Below are positions 35,074-44,735 of a DNA stretch of 62,279 bases, in pieces. The notes beneath the pieces are model-generated. The model had not been told where the DNA came from and did no database searches. It worked only from the letters and a program-made list of their open reading frames with translations. This stretch comes from Acidimicrobiales bacterium (GTDB lineage Bacteria; Actinomycetota; Acidimicrobiia; Acidimicrobiales; DASWMK01), in NCBI GenBank assembly GCA_036399815.1, contig DASWMK010000043.1, positions 1 to 62,279 on the forward strand. The letters are read 5' to 3'. Within the stretch, counting starts at the first letter, position 1; every line of letters begins with the position of its first letter. A program made the translations under genes and the position numbers.

Positions 35074-36060
35074 TCAGTCGTGGCGCAGGACGATCTTCCC
35101 CATCTGCTCGCCCCTGGCCAGACGGTCGAGGGCGGCCGGGTAGGCGTCGATCGGCTCGACGACGTCGACCTGGACGGGCAGCCCGGCGGCGACCAGGCGG
35201 GTCACCTCGTCGAACTCGCCGTAGGAGCCCATCGTCGACCCGATCACCTCGTGCTGGGAGAACCAGAGGCGGGGCAGGTTCAGCTCGACCTTGGTGCCCG
35301 ACGTGCCGCCGCAGAGCACCAGCCGGCCGCCCTTCTCCAGGCTGCGCACCGACTGGGCCCAGGTGGCCGCGCCCACGCTCTCGACGACCACGTCGGCCTT
35401 CACGTCCCACCGGTCGGCGGACGAGTCGACGGCGGCGTCGGCGCCGAGGGCCAGGGCCCGCTCCCGCTTGCCGGCGTCCCTGGACGTGACGACGACCGTC
35501 GCCCCCGACCACTTGGCCAGGGCGAGGGCGGCCATGGCCACGCCGCCGCCGATGCCGACGACGAGGACGGTCTCGCCGGCCGCCAGCCGGGCCCGGCGCA
35601 GCATCCGCCAGGCGGTCAGCGTGGCGAGCGGGTAGGCCGCGCACTCCTCCCACGACCGCCCCGCCGGCCGGGGGACCACGTTGGCGGCCGGGACGACGAC
35701 CCCCTCGGCGTGCCCGCCCCAGCCCTCCTCGCCGAGGATGGCGAACTCGTCGCAGTAGGGCGACTCGCCGGCCAGGCACCAGTGGCAGCGCCGGCACGAG
35801 ACCGACGGGTTGACGACGACCTCGTCGCCCTCCGCCACCCCGACCACCCCCTCGCCGACGGCGTCGACCACCCCGGCCACGTCGCAGCCGGGCACGTGGG
35901 GCAGGTCCGGCTTGGGCAGGCCCTTCGTCAGCCAGACGTCCATGTGGTTGAGGGCCGACGCCACCGGCCGCACCCGCACCTCGTCCCGCCCGGGCTCCGG
36001 GGTGTCGATCTCGCCCCAGCGGTAGCTGCCGGGCGACTCGTCGAGGATCCAGGCGCGCAT
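35074..36060 (-). CDS. zinc-type alcohol dehydrogenase / quinone oxidoreductase family protein
   Basis: 328 aa from ATG 36060. Contains LNHMDVW, PHVPGCDVAGVV and the Rossmann motif VLVVGIGGGVAMAALALAK. Confidence 0.8.
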   Translation of the reverse strand: MRAWILDESPGSYRWGEIDTPEPGRDEVRVRPVASALNHMDVWLTKGLPKPDLPHVPGCDVAGVVDAVGEGVVGVAEGDEVVVNPSVSCRRCHWCLAGESPYCDEFAILGEEGWGGHAEGVVVPAANVVPRPAGRSWEECAAYPLATLTAWRMLRRARLAAGETVLVVGIGGGVAMAALALAKWSGATVVVTSRDAGKRERALALGADAAVDSSADRWDVKADVVVESVGAATWAQSVRSLEKGGRLVLCGGTSGTKVELNLPRLWFSQHEVIGSTMGSYGEFDEVTRLVAAGLPVQVDVVEPIDAYPAALDRLARGEQMGKIVLRHD

Positions 36061-36089
36061 CGGCCCGACCGTAGCGGCGGGCCCGCCGC

Positions 36090-36707
36090 TCAGACGACGA
36101 CGAGCAGCGCGTCCGGCTCCAGCCGCACCGAGACGTGGCGGACGGCGCCGACGGGGCGGCCGTCGAGCCACACCGGCAGGGGCGGGTCGAACGTGGCCTG
36201 GACGGCGGCGGCCCGCTGCTGGCGGATGCCCGGGTGGGGCACGTGGGTGCCGGACGGCAGCCGCCGCCACGCCTTCCACCGGTCGCCGGGGCCGAGGGCG
36301 GGGACGTCGAGCACGTCGAGCAGCCCGTCGCCCGGGTGGGCCCGGGGGGCCACGTCCCAGCGGCCGAGCCACTGGGCGTTCATCGCCGCGAACAGCCGGC
36401 CCCGCCACCACGACCGGCGGGCCACCAGGTGGGCGACGAACCAGTGCAGCCGGCCGTCGAGGAGGGCGGCGCCGAGGTCGCACGGCAGGCGGACGCTCCC
36501 GCCGCCGGGCGCCAGCCGGGCCTCGTCGCCCCGCCCGCCGACCGTCCGGCACAGGTCGCCGCCGAGCAGGCCGAGCGCCGGCACCTCCTCCCCTGCCCGC
36601 CGGGCCCGGGTCACCGCGTCGGCCGCCTCGGCGTCGGAGCGGACGAGCACGCCGCCGGCCGGCAGGTCGCCCGGCTCGCCCCACGGCCGGCCCTTCTCGA
36701 CGGGCAC
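36090..36707 (-). CDS. conserved hypothetical protein (weak DAG-kinase/NAD-kinase C-terminal-like pattern)
   Basis: 205-aa ORF with high GC3. Contains NAQWLGRWDVAPRAHPGDGLLDV. Confidence 0.45.
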   Translation of the reverse strand: MPVEKGRPWGEPGDLPAGGVLVRSDAEAADAVTRARRAGEEVPALGLLGGDLCRTVGGRGDEARLAPGGGSVRLPCDLGAALLDGRLHWFVAHLVARRSWWRGRLFAAMNAQWLGRWDVAPRAHPGDGLLDVLDVPALGPGDRWKAWRRLPSGTHVPHPGIRQQRAAAVQATFDPPLPVWLDGRPVGAVRHVSVRLEPDALLVVV

Positions 36708-36803
36708 GCCCCGCTCAGCGCTCCCCGGCGCCCGCCGCCGCCGCTCGCCCGGCGACCGGGCCGGCGCCGGCGGGCCGGCCCGTCGGGCCCGGCCGGGCGG
36801 GGC

Positions 36804-39497
36804 TCACGGCTGGTCGACGGGGCGGCCGGCCGGGACCTCGCGGGGCGCGTCGTCGTCGACGGCGTCGGCCACCGTCGACGAGGCCGCGACGACGCCCCGG
36901 TGGAGGGCCTCGGCCGCCCGGCGGGCCGACCGGCCGGTGGCCTCGTCGCCGGCCACGTCGCCGACCTGGCGCAGGAGGTCCACGAGCTGCTTCACGTTGC
37001 GGACGAAGTCGCCGCCGGAGAGGTCCTCGTCCTCCAGCACCTCGTCGAGGGCCTCGCCGGCCGCCCAGGCGTGGGCCAGCGCCGCGAACGTCGGGTCGGG
37101 CGCCCTCGTGAGGGTCAGCCCGGCCTCGTCCTCGTCGGTGTTCAGCTCGGCGGCGATCTCCTCCAGCGCCTCGAAGCGCGACCGCACCCTCGGCGACGGG
37201 AACCAGGGCGGCGGCGGCGGGGTCGGGCTGCGGTGCTCGTAGGTGAAGCACGAGACCATGGCCGCCATGGCCGCCGGGTCGAGGCCGTCGAGCAGCCCGG
37301 TCTCGAGCGCCTCGGCCACCAGCAGGTCGCACTCGTGGTAGATGCGGGCGAGGCGCCGGCCCCGCCCGGTGAGCGCCCACCCGTCGAGGTAGCCCCAGGC
37401 CTCGAGGAGGCGCAACACCCGGTCGAAGCGGCGGGCCAGCGACTCGGTCCTCCCCCGCACCCGCTCCTCGATGTCGTCGATCTCCCTGCCCAGCCGCTCG
37501 GCCGTCGCCGCCGCCCGCACGTGCTCCTCGGCGTCCGGGCAGCCCGCCACCGGGTGGGCGGCCGCCGCCGCCTCCGCCTCGGCCACCGGGTCGCCGGCCC
37601 CGTCGCCGTCGAGGTCGTCGCGGCGCGACCCCCGGGGCGGGCCGAGCTTGGCCCGCCGGAGGGCGGCCGCCACCTCCTGCTGGAAGGCGTGGTTGTTCGG
37701 CGCGTAGGGGGTCGGGAGCTCGACGTGGCCGATGGGGATGGGCGGCTCGGTGAACTCGCCGACGTCGAGGTTGATGACCCGGCGGTGCGGGCTGACGACC
37801 CTGACCCTGGCCGCCCCGCCCCGGCGCCACGACACCGACAGGACCGCCCCCCGGCCGGCCGAGCGCCGGTGGTGGAGCGGGATGACGTCGCCCGGGCGCA
37901 GCCGCTCGACGGCGGCGTCGATGGCGCCCCTGGACGGCCGGGCGGCCCGCCGGCGGGCGTGGACCTCGGCCACCAGCCGGCGGTACTCGGCGACGTCGCC
38001 CCGGTCGCAGGTCGCGGCCTCCCTCGCCCGCCGCAGCGCGGCCTCGCGCTGTTCGAGCCGCGCCTCCATGCGGACCACGGCCCGGTCCGCCTGGTACTGC
38101 GCGAACGACAGGTTCAGCAGGTGGTGGGCCGTGTCGGCGGCGTAGCGGGCGACGAGGTTGGCCGCCATGTTGTAGGTCGGCCGGAAGGCGGAGGTGAGCG
38201 CGAACGTCCGGCTCGACGCCAGGCCGGCCACCTGGTCGAAGGGCACGAACGGCGACCACAGCACGACCGCGTAGCCCACCCGGTCGATGCCCCGCCGCCC
38301 GGCCCGCCCGGTCAGCTGGGTGTACTCGCCGGGGGTGAGGAACTCGTGGCGCTCGCCCTGGAACTTGCTCAGCTTCTCGATGACCACCGAGCGGGCCGGC
38401 ATGTTGATGCCGAGGGCGAGGGTCTCGGTGGCGAACACGACCTTGACGAGCCCCTCGGCGAAGCAGGCCTCGACCGCCTCCTTGAACGGCGGCACCATCC
38501 CGGCGTGGTGGGCGGCGATGCCGGCCTCGAGGCCGGCCACCCAGCGCTGGTAGCCGAGGACGTGCAGGTCGTCGTCGGACAGCGCCGCCGTGCGGTCCTC
38601 GACGATGGTCCGGATGCGCTCCCGCTCGGGCGACGACGTCAGCCGCAACCCGCCGTCGAGGCAGGCGGCGACGGCGTCGTCGCAGGCCGCCCGGCTGAAG
38701 ATGAAGTAGATGGCCGGGAGCATCTCCTCGGCGGCCAGCCGGTCGACGACCTCGAGCCGGCGGGGCGTGTAGAGGCGGTGGCGGCGCCGGCCCCGCGGCG
38801 GCGCCGGGCGGCGCAGGGACTCGGCGTCGAGCCGGTCGGCCTCCGGGTTGGGGCGGCCGTCGACCAGGGTGGGCAGCAGGTGGGGCTCGGTCGCCGCCCG
38901 GTCGCCGACCAGGTACAGGTTCCGCAGCTCGACCGGCCGGCGCTCCTCGATCACCGTCGTCGTCGGGCCCCGCACGGTGGTGATCCAGTCGGCCAGCTCC
39001 TCGGCGTTCGACACGGTCGCCGACAGGCACACCAGCCGCACCTCGGGCGGGGCGTGGATGATGACCTCCTCCCACACCGGCCCCCGGTAGGCGTCCTGCA
39101 GGTAGTGCACCTCGTCGAGCACCACGAAGCGCAGGCCGTCGAGGGCCGGCGACCCCGCGTAGATCATGTTGCGGAGGACCTCGGTGGTCATCACGACGAC
39201 GGGGGCGTCGCCGTTGATGGCGTTGTCGCCGGTGAGCAGGCCGACCCGGTCGGGGCCGTGCCGGCGGACGAGGTCGCCGTACTTCTGGTTCGACAGCGCC
39301 TTGATGGGCGTCGTGTAGAACGCCTTGCCGCCCTCGTGCAGCGCCCTGGCGACGGCGTACTCGGCGACGACGGTCTTGCCCGACCCGGTCGGCGCGGCGA
39401 CGAGGACCGAGCGGCCGGCGTCGAGCGCGTCGATGGCCCGGAGCTGGAAGTCGTCGAGGTCGAAGTCGTAGTGGGCGAGCAGCGCCGGGTCAGCCAT
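36804..39497 (-). CDS. helY: Ski2-like DEAD/DEAH-box helicase HelY
   Basis: 897 aa. Contains AAPTGSGKT, TPIKALSNQK, DEVHYL, SAT, FATETLALGINMPA and the C-terminal DSHCT-like region. Syntenic next to tatC. Confidence 0.9.
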   Translation of the reverse strand: MADPALLAHYDFDLDDFQLRAIDALDAGRSVLVAAPTGSGKTVVAEYAVARALHEGGKAFYTTPIKALSNQKYGDLVRRHGPDRVGLLTGDNAINGDAPVVVMTTEVLRNMIYAGSPALDGLRFVVLDEVHYLQDAYRGPVWEEVIIHAPPEVRLVCLSATVSNAEELADWITTVRGPTTTVIEERRPVELRNLYLVGDRAATEPHLLPTLVDGRPNPEADRLDAESLRRPAPPRGRRRHRLYTPRRLEVVDRLAAEEMLPAIYFIFSRAACDDAVAACLDGGLRLTSSPERERIRTIVEDRTAALSDDDLHVLGYQRWVAGLEAGIAAHHAGMVPPFKEAVEACFAEGLVKVVFATETLALGINMPARSVVIEKLSKFQGERHEFLTPGEYTQLTGRAGRRGIDRVGYAVVLWSPFVPFDQVAGLASSRTFALTSAFRPTYNMAANLVARYAADTAHHLLNLSFAQYQADRAVVRMEARLEQREAALRRAREAATCDRGDVAEYRRLVAEVHARRRAARPSRGAIDAAVERLRPGDVIPLHHRRSAGRGAVLSVSWRRGGAARVRVVSPHRRVINLDVGEFTEPPIPIGHVELPTPYAPNNHAFQQEVAAALRRAKLGPPRGSRRDDLDGDGAGDPVAEAEAAAAAHPVAGCPDAEEHVRAAATAERLGREIDDIEERVRGRTESLARRFDRVLRLLEAWGYLDGWALTGRGRRLARIYHECDLLVAEALETGLLDGLDPAAMAAMVSCFTYEHRSPTPPPPPWFPSPRVRSRFEALEEIAAELNTDEDEAGLTLTRAPDPTFAALAHAWAAGEALDEVLEDEDLSGGDFVRNVKQLVDLLRQVGDVAGDEATGRSARRAAEALHRGVVAASSTVADAVDDDAPREVPAGRPVDQP

Positions 39498-40269
39498 CGG
39501 GCCGCCGGCGGGCGATCAGCCACCCCACGAGGATCGACCCCTCGTAGAACAGGTACATCGGGACCGACAGGATGGCGAGGCTGTAGGGGTCGCCGCTCGG
39601 GGTGATGACGGCGACGAGCACGACGATCCCGACGATGGCGTAGCGGCGCCAGGACCGCAGGGTCCGGCTCTCGATGATGCCGGCCATCTGGAGGAAGATC
39701 AGCAGGATCGGGAACTCGAAGCCGATCCCGAAGGCCAGCATCATGTAGGTGATCAGCGAGAGGTACTTGCCCGGCGTGTAGAACTGCTCGAGCTCCTCGC
39801 CGCCGATCGAGGCGAGGAAGCCGAGGGCCTTCGGCAGGGTCCAGTAGGCGAGGCCGGCGCCCAGCGCGAAGAGGGCGACGGCCGACGCCACGAACGGGAT
39901 GGCGTACCGCTTCTCCTTCGGGTACAGGCCGGGGGTCACGAACCGCCAGAGCTGCCAGAGGATCACCGGCATGGCGAGGGCGAGGCCGCCGTAGCCGGCG
40001 ATCTTCATGCGGACGGCGAAGCCCTCGAGCGGGTCGGTCTGGAGCAGTCGGCACTCGCCGTCGGCGGACACCGCGCAGTACGGGTCGACCAGCACGTCGA
40101 AGATCGCCGGGTAGAAGACGAAGGCCACCACGCCGCCGAGGACGACGGCGACGACGGACTTGACCAGCCGCGACCGCAGCTCGGCCAGGTGCTCGACGAG
40201 GGTCATCCGCCCCGATTCGAGGGGGTCGGGGAGGTCCTCGTCGGTGGGGTCGGAGGGCGCGACGGCCAC
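39490..40269 (-). CDS. tatC: twin-arginine translocase subunit TatC
   Basis: 259 aa with six TM segments. Begins MTLVEHLAELRSRL. Overlaps helY by 8 nt. Confidence 0.9.
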   Translation of the reverse strand: MAVAPSDPTDEDLPDPLESGRMTLVEHLAELRSRLVKSVVAVVLGGVVAFVFYPAIFDVLVDPYCAVSADGECRLLQTDPLEGFAVRMKIAGYGGLALAMPVILWQLWRFVTPGLYPKEKRYAIPFVASAVALFALGAGLAYWTLPKALGFLASIGGEELEQFYTPGKYLSLITYMMLAFGIGFEFPILLIFLQMAGIIESRTLRSWRRYAIVGIVVLVAVITPSGDPYSLAILSVPMYLFYEGSILVGWLIARRRPDG

Positions 40270-40278
40270 CGGCCGGCC

Positions 40279-40782
40279 CTAGCCGACGGCCCGCTCGCCG
40301 CCCTGGGCGTCGGGCGCCTCGGGGGCGGCGACGACGGGGCCGGTGGCGGCGGTCGGGTCGGCCGCCTCCTCGGGCTCGGGCGCCTCCGGGGCGTCGGGCG
40401 CCGCCCCGACCGGGCCGGAGCTGGCCGTCGGGTCGGCCTCGGGCTCGGCGACAGCGGGCTCGGCGGTCGGCACCGCGGCGGTGGTGGTGGCGGTGGCGTC
40501 CACGGGCGGGCGGGCCTGGTGGTCGACGCCGGCGGCCGGGCGGAGCTGGGCCTGGCGCGACGGCGCCCGGCGGCGGTGCTGCCAGCCGGGGTCCGGCTCG
40601 GTGGTGTCGAGCGGCTCCTCCAGCGCGTCGCGCAGCTCCTGCTGGAAGCCGCTCGACAGGCGCCGCAGCTCGCCCATGAACTGGCCGACCTGGCGGGCGG
40701 CGGAGGGGAGCCGGTTCGGGCCGAGGACGATCAGGGCCACGAGGAGGATCACCAGCAGCTCGCCGCCGCCGATGTTGAACAT
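40279..40782 (-). CDS. tatA: twin-arginine translocase TatA/TatB-family protein
   Basis: 167 aa. Begins MFNIGGGELLVILLVALIVLGPNRLP, followed by an amphipathic helix and a long Pro/Ala/Glu tail. Confidence 0.85.
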   Translation of the reverse strand: MFNIGGGELLVILLVALIVLGPNRLPSAARQVGQFMGELRRLSSGFQQELRDALEEPLDTTEPDPGWQHRRRAPSRQAQLRPAAGVDHQARPPVDATATTTAAVPTAEPAVAEPEADPTASSGPVGAAPDAPEAPEPEEAADPTAATGPVVAAPEAPDAQGGERAVG

Positions 40783-40791
40783 GGCGGCAGT

Positions 40792-40998
40792 CTACCGATG
40801 GCCCTCGTCGGCCCCGGGGGCCGCCGGCCGGCGCTCGAGGTCGGCCCGCAGGGCGGCCACCGCCTGGCGCACGCCGGCCGTCCTCGACAGCTCCACCCGC
40901 AGGGCCCGCACCTCGCCGGCGACCTCCCGCAGCAGGTAGGCGATCGGCGCGGCGCCGAGGACGAGCAGCACGACGGGCACGGCCCACAGGGGGTCCAC
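40792..40998 (-). CDS. small single-pass membrane protein
   Basis: 68 aa. One TM helix followed by a charged helix. High GC3. Confidence 0.45.
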   Translation of the reverse strand: MDPLWAVPVVLLVLGAAPIAYLLREVAGEVRALRVELSRTAGVRQAVAALRADLERRPAAPGADEGHR

Positions 40999-41023
40999 GC
41001 CCGCAGAGCCTAGGGCGCGGCGG

Positions 41024-41353
41024 TCAGCGGACCATGGACGACACCTGGGCGAACCAGCGGTCGTCGCGGTGCAGCAGCTCGTGGAAGTCCAGCAGGTCGT
41101 CGTGGGTGATCGGCGCGCCCGACCGCGGCTCGGCCAGCTCGGCCGGCAGCTTCCACATCGACATCGGCACGCCCGAGGCGACGAGCAGGTCGACGATCCT
41201 CGGCTCGGCCGGCTTCACGACCGCCATGTGGCAGCGCGGGCACCGGAACGAGTACGAGCCGGAGTTGTCCGCCTCGCACACGCGCACGTGCACATCTCTC
41301 GTCGTCAGCTCGACGTCTCCGCAGTCCGCGCAGCTCGCCCGAATCGTCGCCAC
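41024..41353 (-). CDS. small zinc-ribbon protein (CxxC...CxxC)
   Basis: 109 aa from GTG 41353, with a GGAGAGGGAGG SD. Contains CADCGD...CPRCH. Confidence 0.55.
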   Translation of the reverse strand: MATIRASCADCGDVELTTRDVHVRVCEADNSGSYSFRCPRCHMAVVKPAEPRIVDLLVASGVPMSMWKLPAELAEPRSGAPITHDDLLDFHELLHRDDRWFAQVSSMVR

Positions 41354-41457
41354 GGCACCGGCCTCCCTCTCCAGCCTTGCTCGGCCAAGCCATCGGCAGT
41401 GCCGTACGACCCCTTGAGGCGAATGGGTCGCGCGGCCTACCCCTCCCGGGCGCAAGG

Positions 41458-42189
41458 ATGGCAGGGATGCCCCCCCGTCTGCCATCGCTCCTCCGCCCTC
41501 CGGTCACGTTCGCGCATCGGGGGGCCAGGGCGCACGCCCCCGAGAACACCCTCGAGGCGTTCCGGCTGGGCCTCCGGCTCGGGGCCAGCGGCCTCGAGAG
41601 CGACGTGTGGCTGACCGCCGACGGGGTGGCCGTCCTCGACCACGACGGGGTGGTGCGGACCGGGCGGCGCAAGCGCCAGATCGCCGACGTCGACCGCGCC
41701 GCCCTGCCGGCCCACGTGCCGTCCCTCGGCGACCTCTACGCCGAGTGCGGCACGGACTTCGAGCTGTCCCTCGACGTGAAGGAGCCGGCGGCCGCCCGCG
41801 CCGTCGTCGCCGTGGCCGGGGCGGCGGGCGGGAGCGCCGTCGAGCGGCTGTGGCTGTGCCATCCCGACCTGGACGTGCTCGTCGGCTTCCGCATGCTGGG
41901 CGACGGGTTCCGCCTGGTCGACTCGACCCGGCTGCGCCGCATCAAGGAGGGGCCCGAGAAGCGGGCGGCCCGGCTGGCCGAGCTCGGCATCGACGCCGTC
42001 AACCTCCACCACACGGACTGGACGGGCGGGCTCACCACCCTGTTCCACCGGTTCGGCCGCCTGGCCCTCGGCTGGGACGCCCAGCACGAGCGCATCCTCC
42101 ACGAGCTGCTCGACATGGGGATCGACGGCGTGTACTCCGACCACGTCGACCGAATGGTCGACGCCATGGCCGCCGTCGGCTACGCGTAG
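41458..42189 (+). CDS. glycerophosphodiester phosphodiesterase (GDPD) family protein
   Basis: 243 aa. Contains FAHRGARAHAPENTLEAF and GLESDVWLTADGVAVLDHD. Confidence 0.8.
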   Translation: MAGMPPRLPSLLRPPVTFAHRGARAHAPENTLEAFRLGLRLGASGLESDVWLTADGVAVLDHDGVVRTGRRKRQIADVDRAALPAHVPSLGDLYAECGTDFELSLDVKEPAAARAVVAVAGAAGGSAVERLWLCHPDLDVLVGFRMLGDGFRLVDSTRLRRIKEGPEKRAARLAELGIDAVNLHHTDWTGGLTTLFHRFGRLALGWDAQHERILHELLDMGIDGVYSDHVDRMVDAMAAVGYA

Positions 42190-42828
42190 CTAGAGCAGGC
42201 TCAGGTCGTCGAGGGGCCAGACGCGCACGAAGGCGCGGCCGACGATCAGCGACTGGTCGATGGCCCCGAAGACGCGGCTGTCCTCGGAGTTGGTGCGGTT
42301 GTCGCCCATGACGAACACGTGGCCCTCGGGCACCTCCTGGGCCGGGAGGTTGTCGGTGGGCACCCCGTCGGTCAGGTACGGCTCGACCAGGCGCCGGCCG
42401 TCGATGTAGACGACCCCGTCGCGGGCCTCGATCGTCTCCCCCGGCAGACCGACGACCCGCTTGATGAGGTCCTCGGTGGCCGAGGGGCCGAAGGCCGGGT
42501 CGCTGGCCGGGCGCTCGAACACGACGAGGTCGCCCCGGTTCACGTCGTGGGCGTCGTAGCTCAGCTTGTTGACGAGGACCCGGTCGCCGACGTCGAGGGT
42601 CGGCTCCATCGACTCCGACGGGATGTAGAACGCCTGGAACAGGAACGTCTTGACCACGAAGGCGACGAGGAGGGCGCCGACCACGACCACGCCCCACTCG
42701 ACGGCCGAGCGCAGGGTGGACGGGCCCGTCCGGCGCTCCTCCCCGGTCGCCTCGTCCTCGTCCTCGACCGGCTCGGTGCCGGTGACGCCGGCCGCGCCGG
42801 CGCGCCCGTCCCCCTCGGTGAGGTCCAC
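42190..42828 (-). CDS. lepB: signal peptidase I
   Basis: 212 aa. TM helix, IPSESMEPTL (Ser), GDRVLVNK (Lys), and GDNRTNSEDSR. Confidence 0.9.
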   Translation of the reverse strand: MDLTEGDGRAGAAGVTGTEPVEDEDEATGEERRTGPSTLRSAVEWGVVVVGALLVAFVVKTFLFQAFYIPSESMEPTLDVGDRVLVNKLSYDAHDVNRGDLVVFERPASDPAFGPSATEDLIKRVVGLPGETIEARDGVVYIDGRRLVEPYLTDGVPTDNLPAQEVPEGHVFVMGDNRTNSEDSRVFGAIDQSLIVGRAFVRVWPLDDLSLL

Positions 42829-42857
42829 GGGCGGACGCTACCCCCGGCCCCGCCTGG

Positions 42858-43814
42858 TCAGGCGTCACCGCCGCGGTAGCGGGCGAGGACCCGGCAGGCG
42901 GCGTCCCCGGCGAGGTCGCGGGGCCCTCCGCCGTCCCAGTCGACGACGGTGGCGTCGGGCCCGAGCCGCAGCAGCAGCCGCTCCAGCCAGGGCACGGCAC
43001 TGACCGCCAGGGTCACCCGGCAGCCGCCGCCCTCCCGCTCCTCGAAGCGCTCGAGCGGGTACTGCTCGACCACCCAGCGGGCGCCGGGCGCGAGGTCGAG
43101 CACGACCCTCGGGTCCTCCGGCCGGGGCCGGTAGGCGCCGAGGTCGGGCTGGTCGGCCGGCGGGTCGAAGGTCGACGCGAGCAGGGTGGCCGACGAGATG
43201 CGGTCGACCCGGAACACGCGCTCGCCGTCGCGAAGGTGGTCCCAGCCGGCGACGTACCACTGGCCCTGGTCGGCGTAGACCCGGTACGGGTCGACCACTC
43301 GCCTGGCCCGCTCGTCCCGGCCGAACGCGTAGTAGTCGAGCTCGACCTGGCGGCTCGCCCGCACCGCCTCCTGGAGGAGCTCGAGGGTCTCCTCGGCGGC
43401 CGTCCCGAGCGACACCTCCAGCGCCTCGTCGGGGGCCACGCCGAGCACGGCGGCCAGCTTGGCGAGGCCCCGGGCCAGCGGCCCCTCCGGGTCGGCGCCG
43501 GGCGCGGCGAGCAGGCTGGCCCCGGCGGCGACGAGGGCGAGGGCCTGCTCGGGGGTGAGGCGCAGGGGACGGGCGAAGAACTCCGCGTAGCGGATCCACA
43601 CCCGGTCCTCCTCGACCACCACCTCCACAAGCTCGTCGGGGGTGTACGGGTACAGGCCGCACAGGAAGACGACGTCGAGGTCGGCGAGCAGCTGCTCCCT
43701 CGTCAGGCCGAAGCGGCGGCACACCTCGTCGACGGTCGGCCCGTCGTGGGCGGCCACCCACGGCACCAGCGAGAGCAGGCGCTGGAGGCGGCCGTTGGCG
43801 CTCAGCCGGGGCAC
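42858..43814 (-). CDS. pafC: WYL-domain transcriptional regulator PafC
   Basis: 318 aa from GTG 43814, overlapping the pafB end. RLQRLLSLVPWVAAHDGPTVDEVCRRFGLTREQLLADLDVVFLCGL parallels M. tuberculosis PafC. Contains a WYL region. Confidence 0.8.
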   Translation of the reverse strand: MPRLSANGRLQRLLSLVPWVAAHDGPTVDEVCRRFGLTREQLLADLDVVFLCGLYPYTPDELVEVVVEEDRVWIRYAEFFARPLRLTPEQALALVAAGASLLAAPGADPEGPLARGLAKLAAVLGVAPDEALEVSLGTAAEETLELLQEAVRASRQVELDYYAFGRDERARRVVDPYRVYADQGQWYVAGWDHLRDGERVFRVDRISSATLLASTFDPPADQPDLGAYRPRPEDPRVVLDLAPGARWVVEQYPLERFEEREGGGCRVTLAVSAVPWLERLLLRLGPDATVVDWDGGGPRDLAGDAACRVLARYRGGDA

Positions 43815-44725
43815 ATGGCCTCCAGCCAGGCGACGACCTCGTCGCGCAGCTCGGGCGGGCCGAGCACCTCGGCGTGGTCGAGGAACGTGAGGACGAACGA
43901 CCGGAACGCCGGCCGGTTGCTGACCGGGACGGCGAGCTCCACCGAGCCGTCCCCGTGGCGGGCCACGACGGCGTCGGCGCCGACGTGGTGGGTGGCCCAC
44001 GGCGCCTGGTCGGCGTCGACCAGCAGGCGGGCCACGACGGGCTCGCCCTCCCCCAGCTGCCAGGGCTGCACCCGGGCGCCGGGGACCGCCGTCGACGGCC
44101 GCTCGTAGCTCCCGGGCTCGCCGAGCTCGACGGGGCCGTCGATGCGGTCGAGGCGGAACTGGCGCTCGTCCTCCCGCAGGTGGTCGTAGCCGGACACGTA
44201 CCAGCGGCCCCTGGCGAAGTCGAGGCGGTAGGGGTCGACCTCCCGCTCCTCGCCGTGGTAGCGGAACCGGGCCGGCCGGCGCTCGGCGACGGCGGCGAAC
44301 AGGGCCGGCAGGGCGGGCGAGGTCGGCAGGGAGGCGACGGCCGGGCGGGCCGGGCCGTCGTCGCCCACCACCCCGCCGAGCTTCCAGAGCGCCTCGATGC
44401 CCTCCAGCCCGTCGAGGCGGACGGCCGAGGCGGCGAGGTGCAGGGCGGCCAGCTCGTCGGGGGCGAGGCCGGGGTCGCGCAGGTAGTACTCGTCCTTCGG
44501 GATGCGGTAGCCCTCGATGGGCGGATCGGTGCCCGGCCGCTCCTCGACGAGGAGGGGGACGCCCATCTCCCGCAGGTCCTCCTTGTCCCGCTCGAAGGCC
44601 CGGCGGAAGGCGGTCGTGCCCTCCGGGTAGCCCGGGACCCGGCGGCGGATCTCCTCGGCGGTCAGCAGGCGGGGGGTCTCGAGCAGCGCGGCGGTCAGGT
44701 TGAGCAGCCGCTCCAGCTTCGACAC
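43802..44725 (-). CDS. pafB: WYL-domain transcriptional regulator PafB
   Basis: (V)SKLERLLNLTAALLETPRLLTAEEIRRRV... matches the PafB N-terminal HTH. GTG 44725 has an AGGA SD overlapping the upstream TAG. The track start at 44758 would overlap the upstream gene by 23 nt. Confidence 0.8.
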   Translation of the reverse strand: MSKLERLLNLTAALLETPRLLTAEEIRRRVPGYPEGTTAFRRAFERDKEDLREMGVPLLVEERPGTDPPIEGYRIPKDEYYLRDPGLAPDELAALHLAASAVRLDGLEGIEALWKLGGVVGDDGPARPAVASLPTSPALPALFAAVAERRPARFRYHGEEREVDPYRLDFARGRWYVSGYDHLREDERQFRLDRIDGPVELGEPGSYERPSTAVPGARVQPWQLGEGEPVVARLLVDADQAPWATHHVGADAVVARHGDGSVELAVPVSNRPAFRSFVLTFLDHAEVLGPPELRDEVVAWLEAMCPG

Positions 44726-44735
44726 CGCGCCGATC

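Noticed and set aside
36135-39605. 1156-aa plus-strand ORF opposite helY
   Set aside because: It is antisense to an unmistakable Ski2-type helicase, has no motifs, and has R/G/P/V-rich composition.
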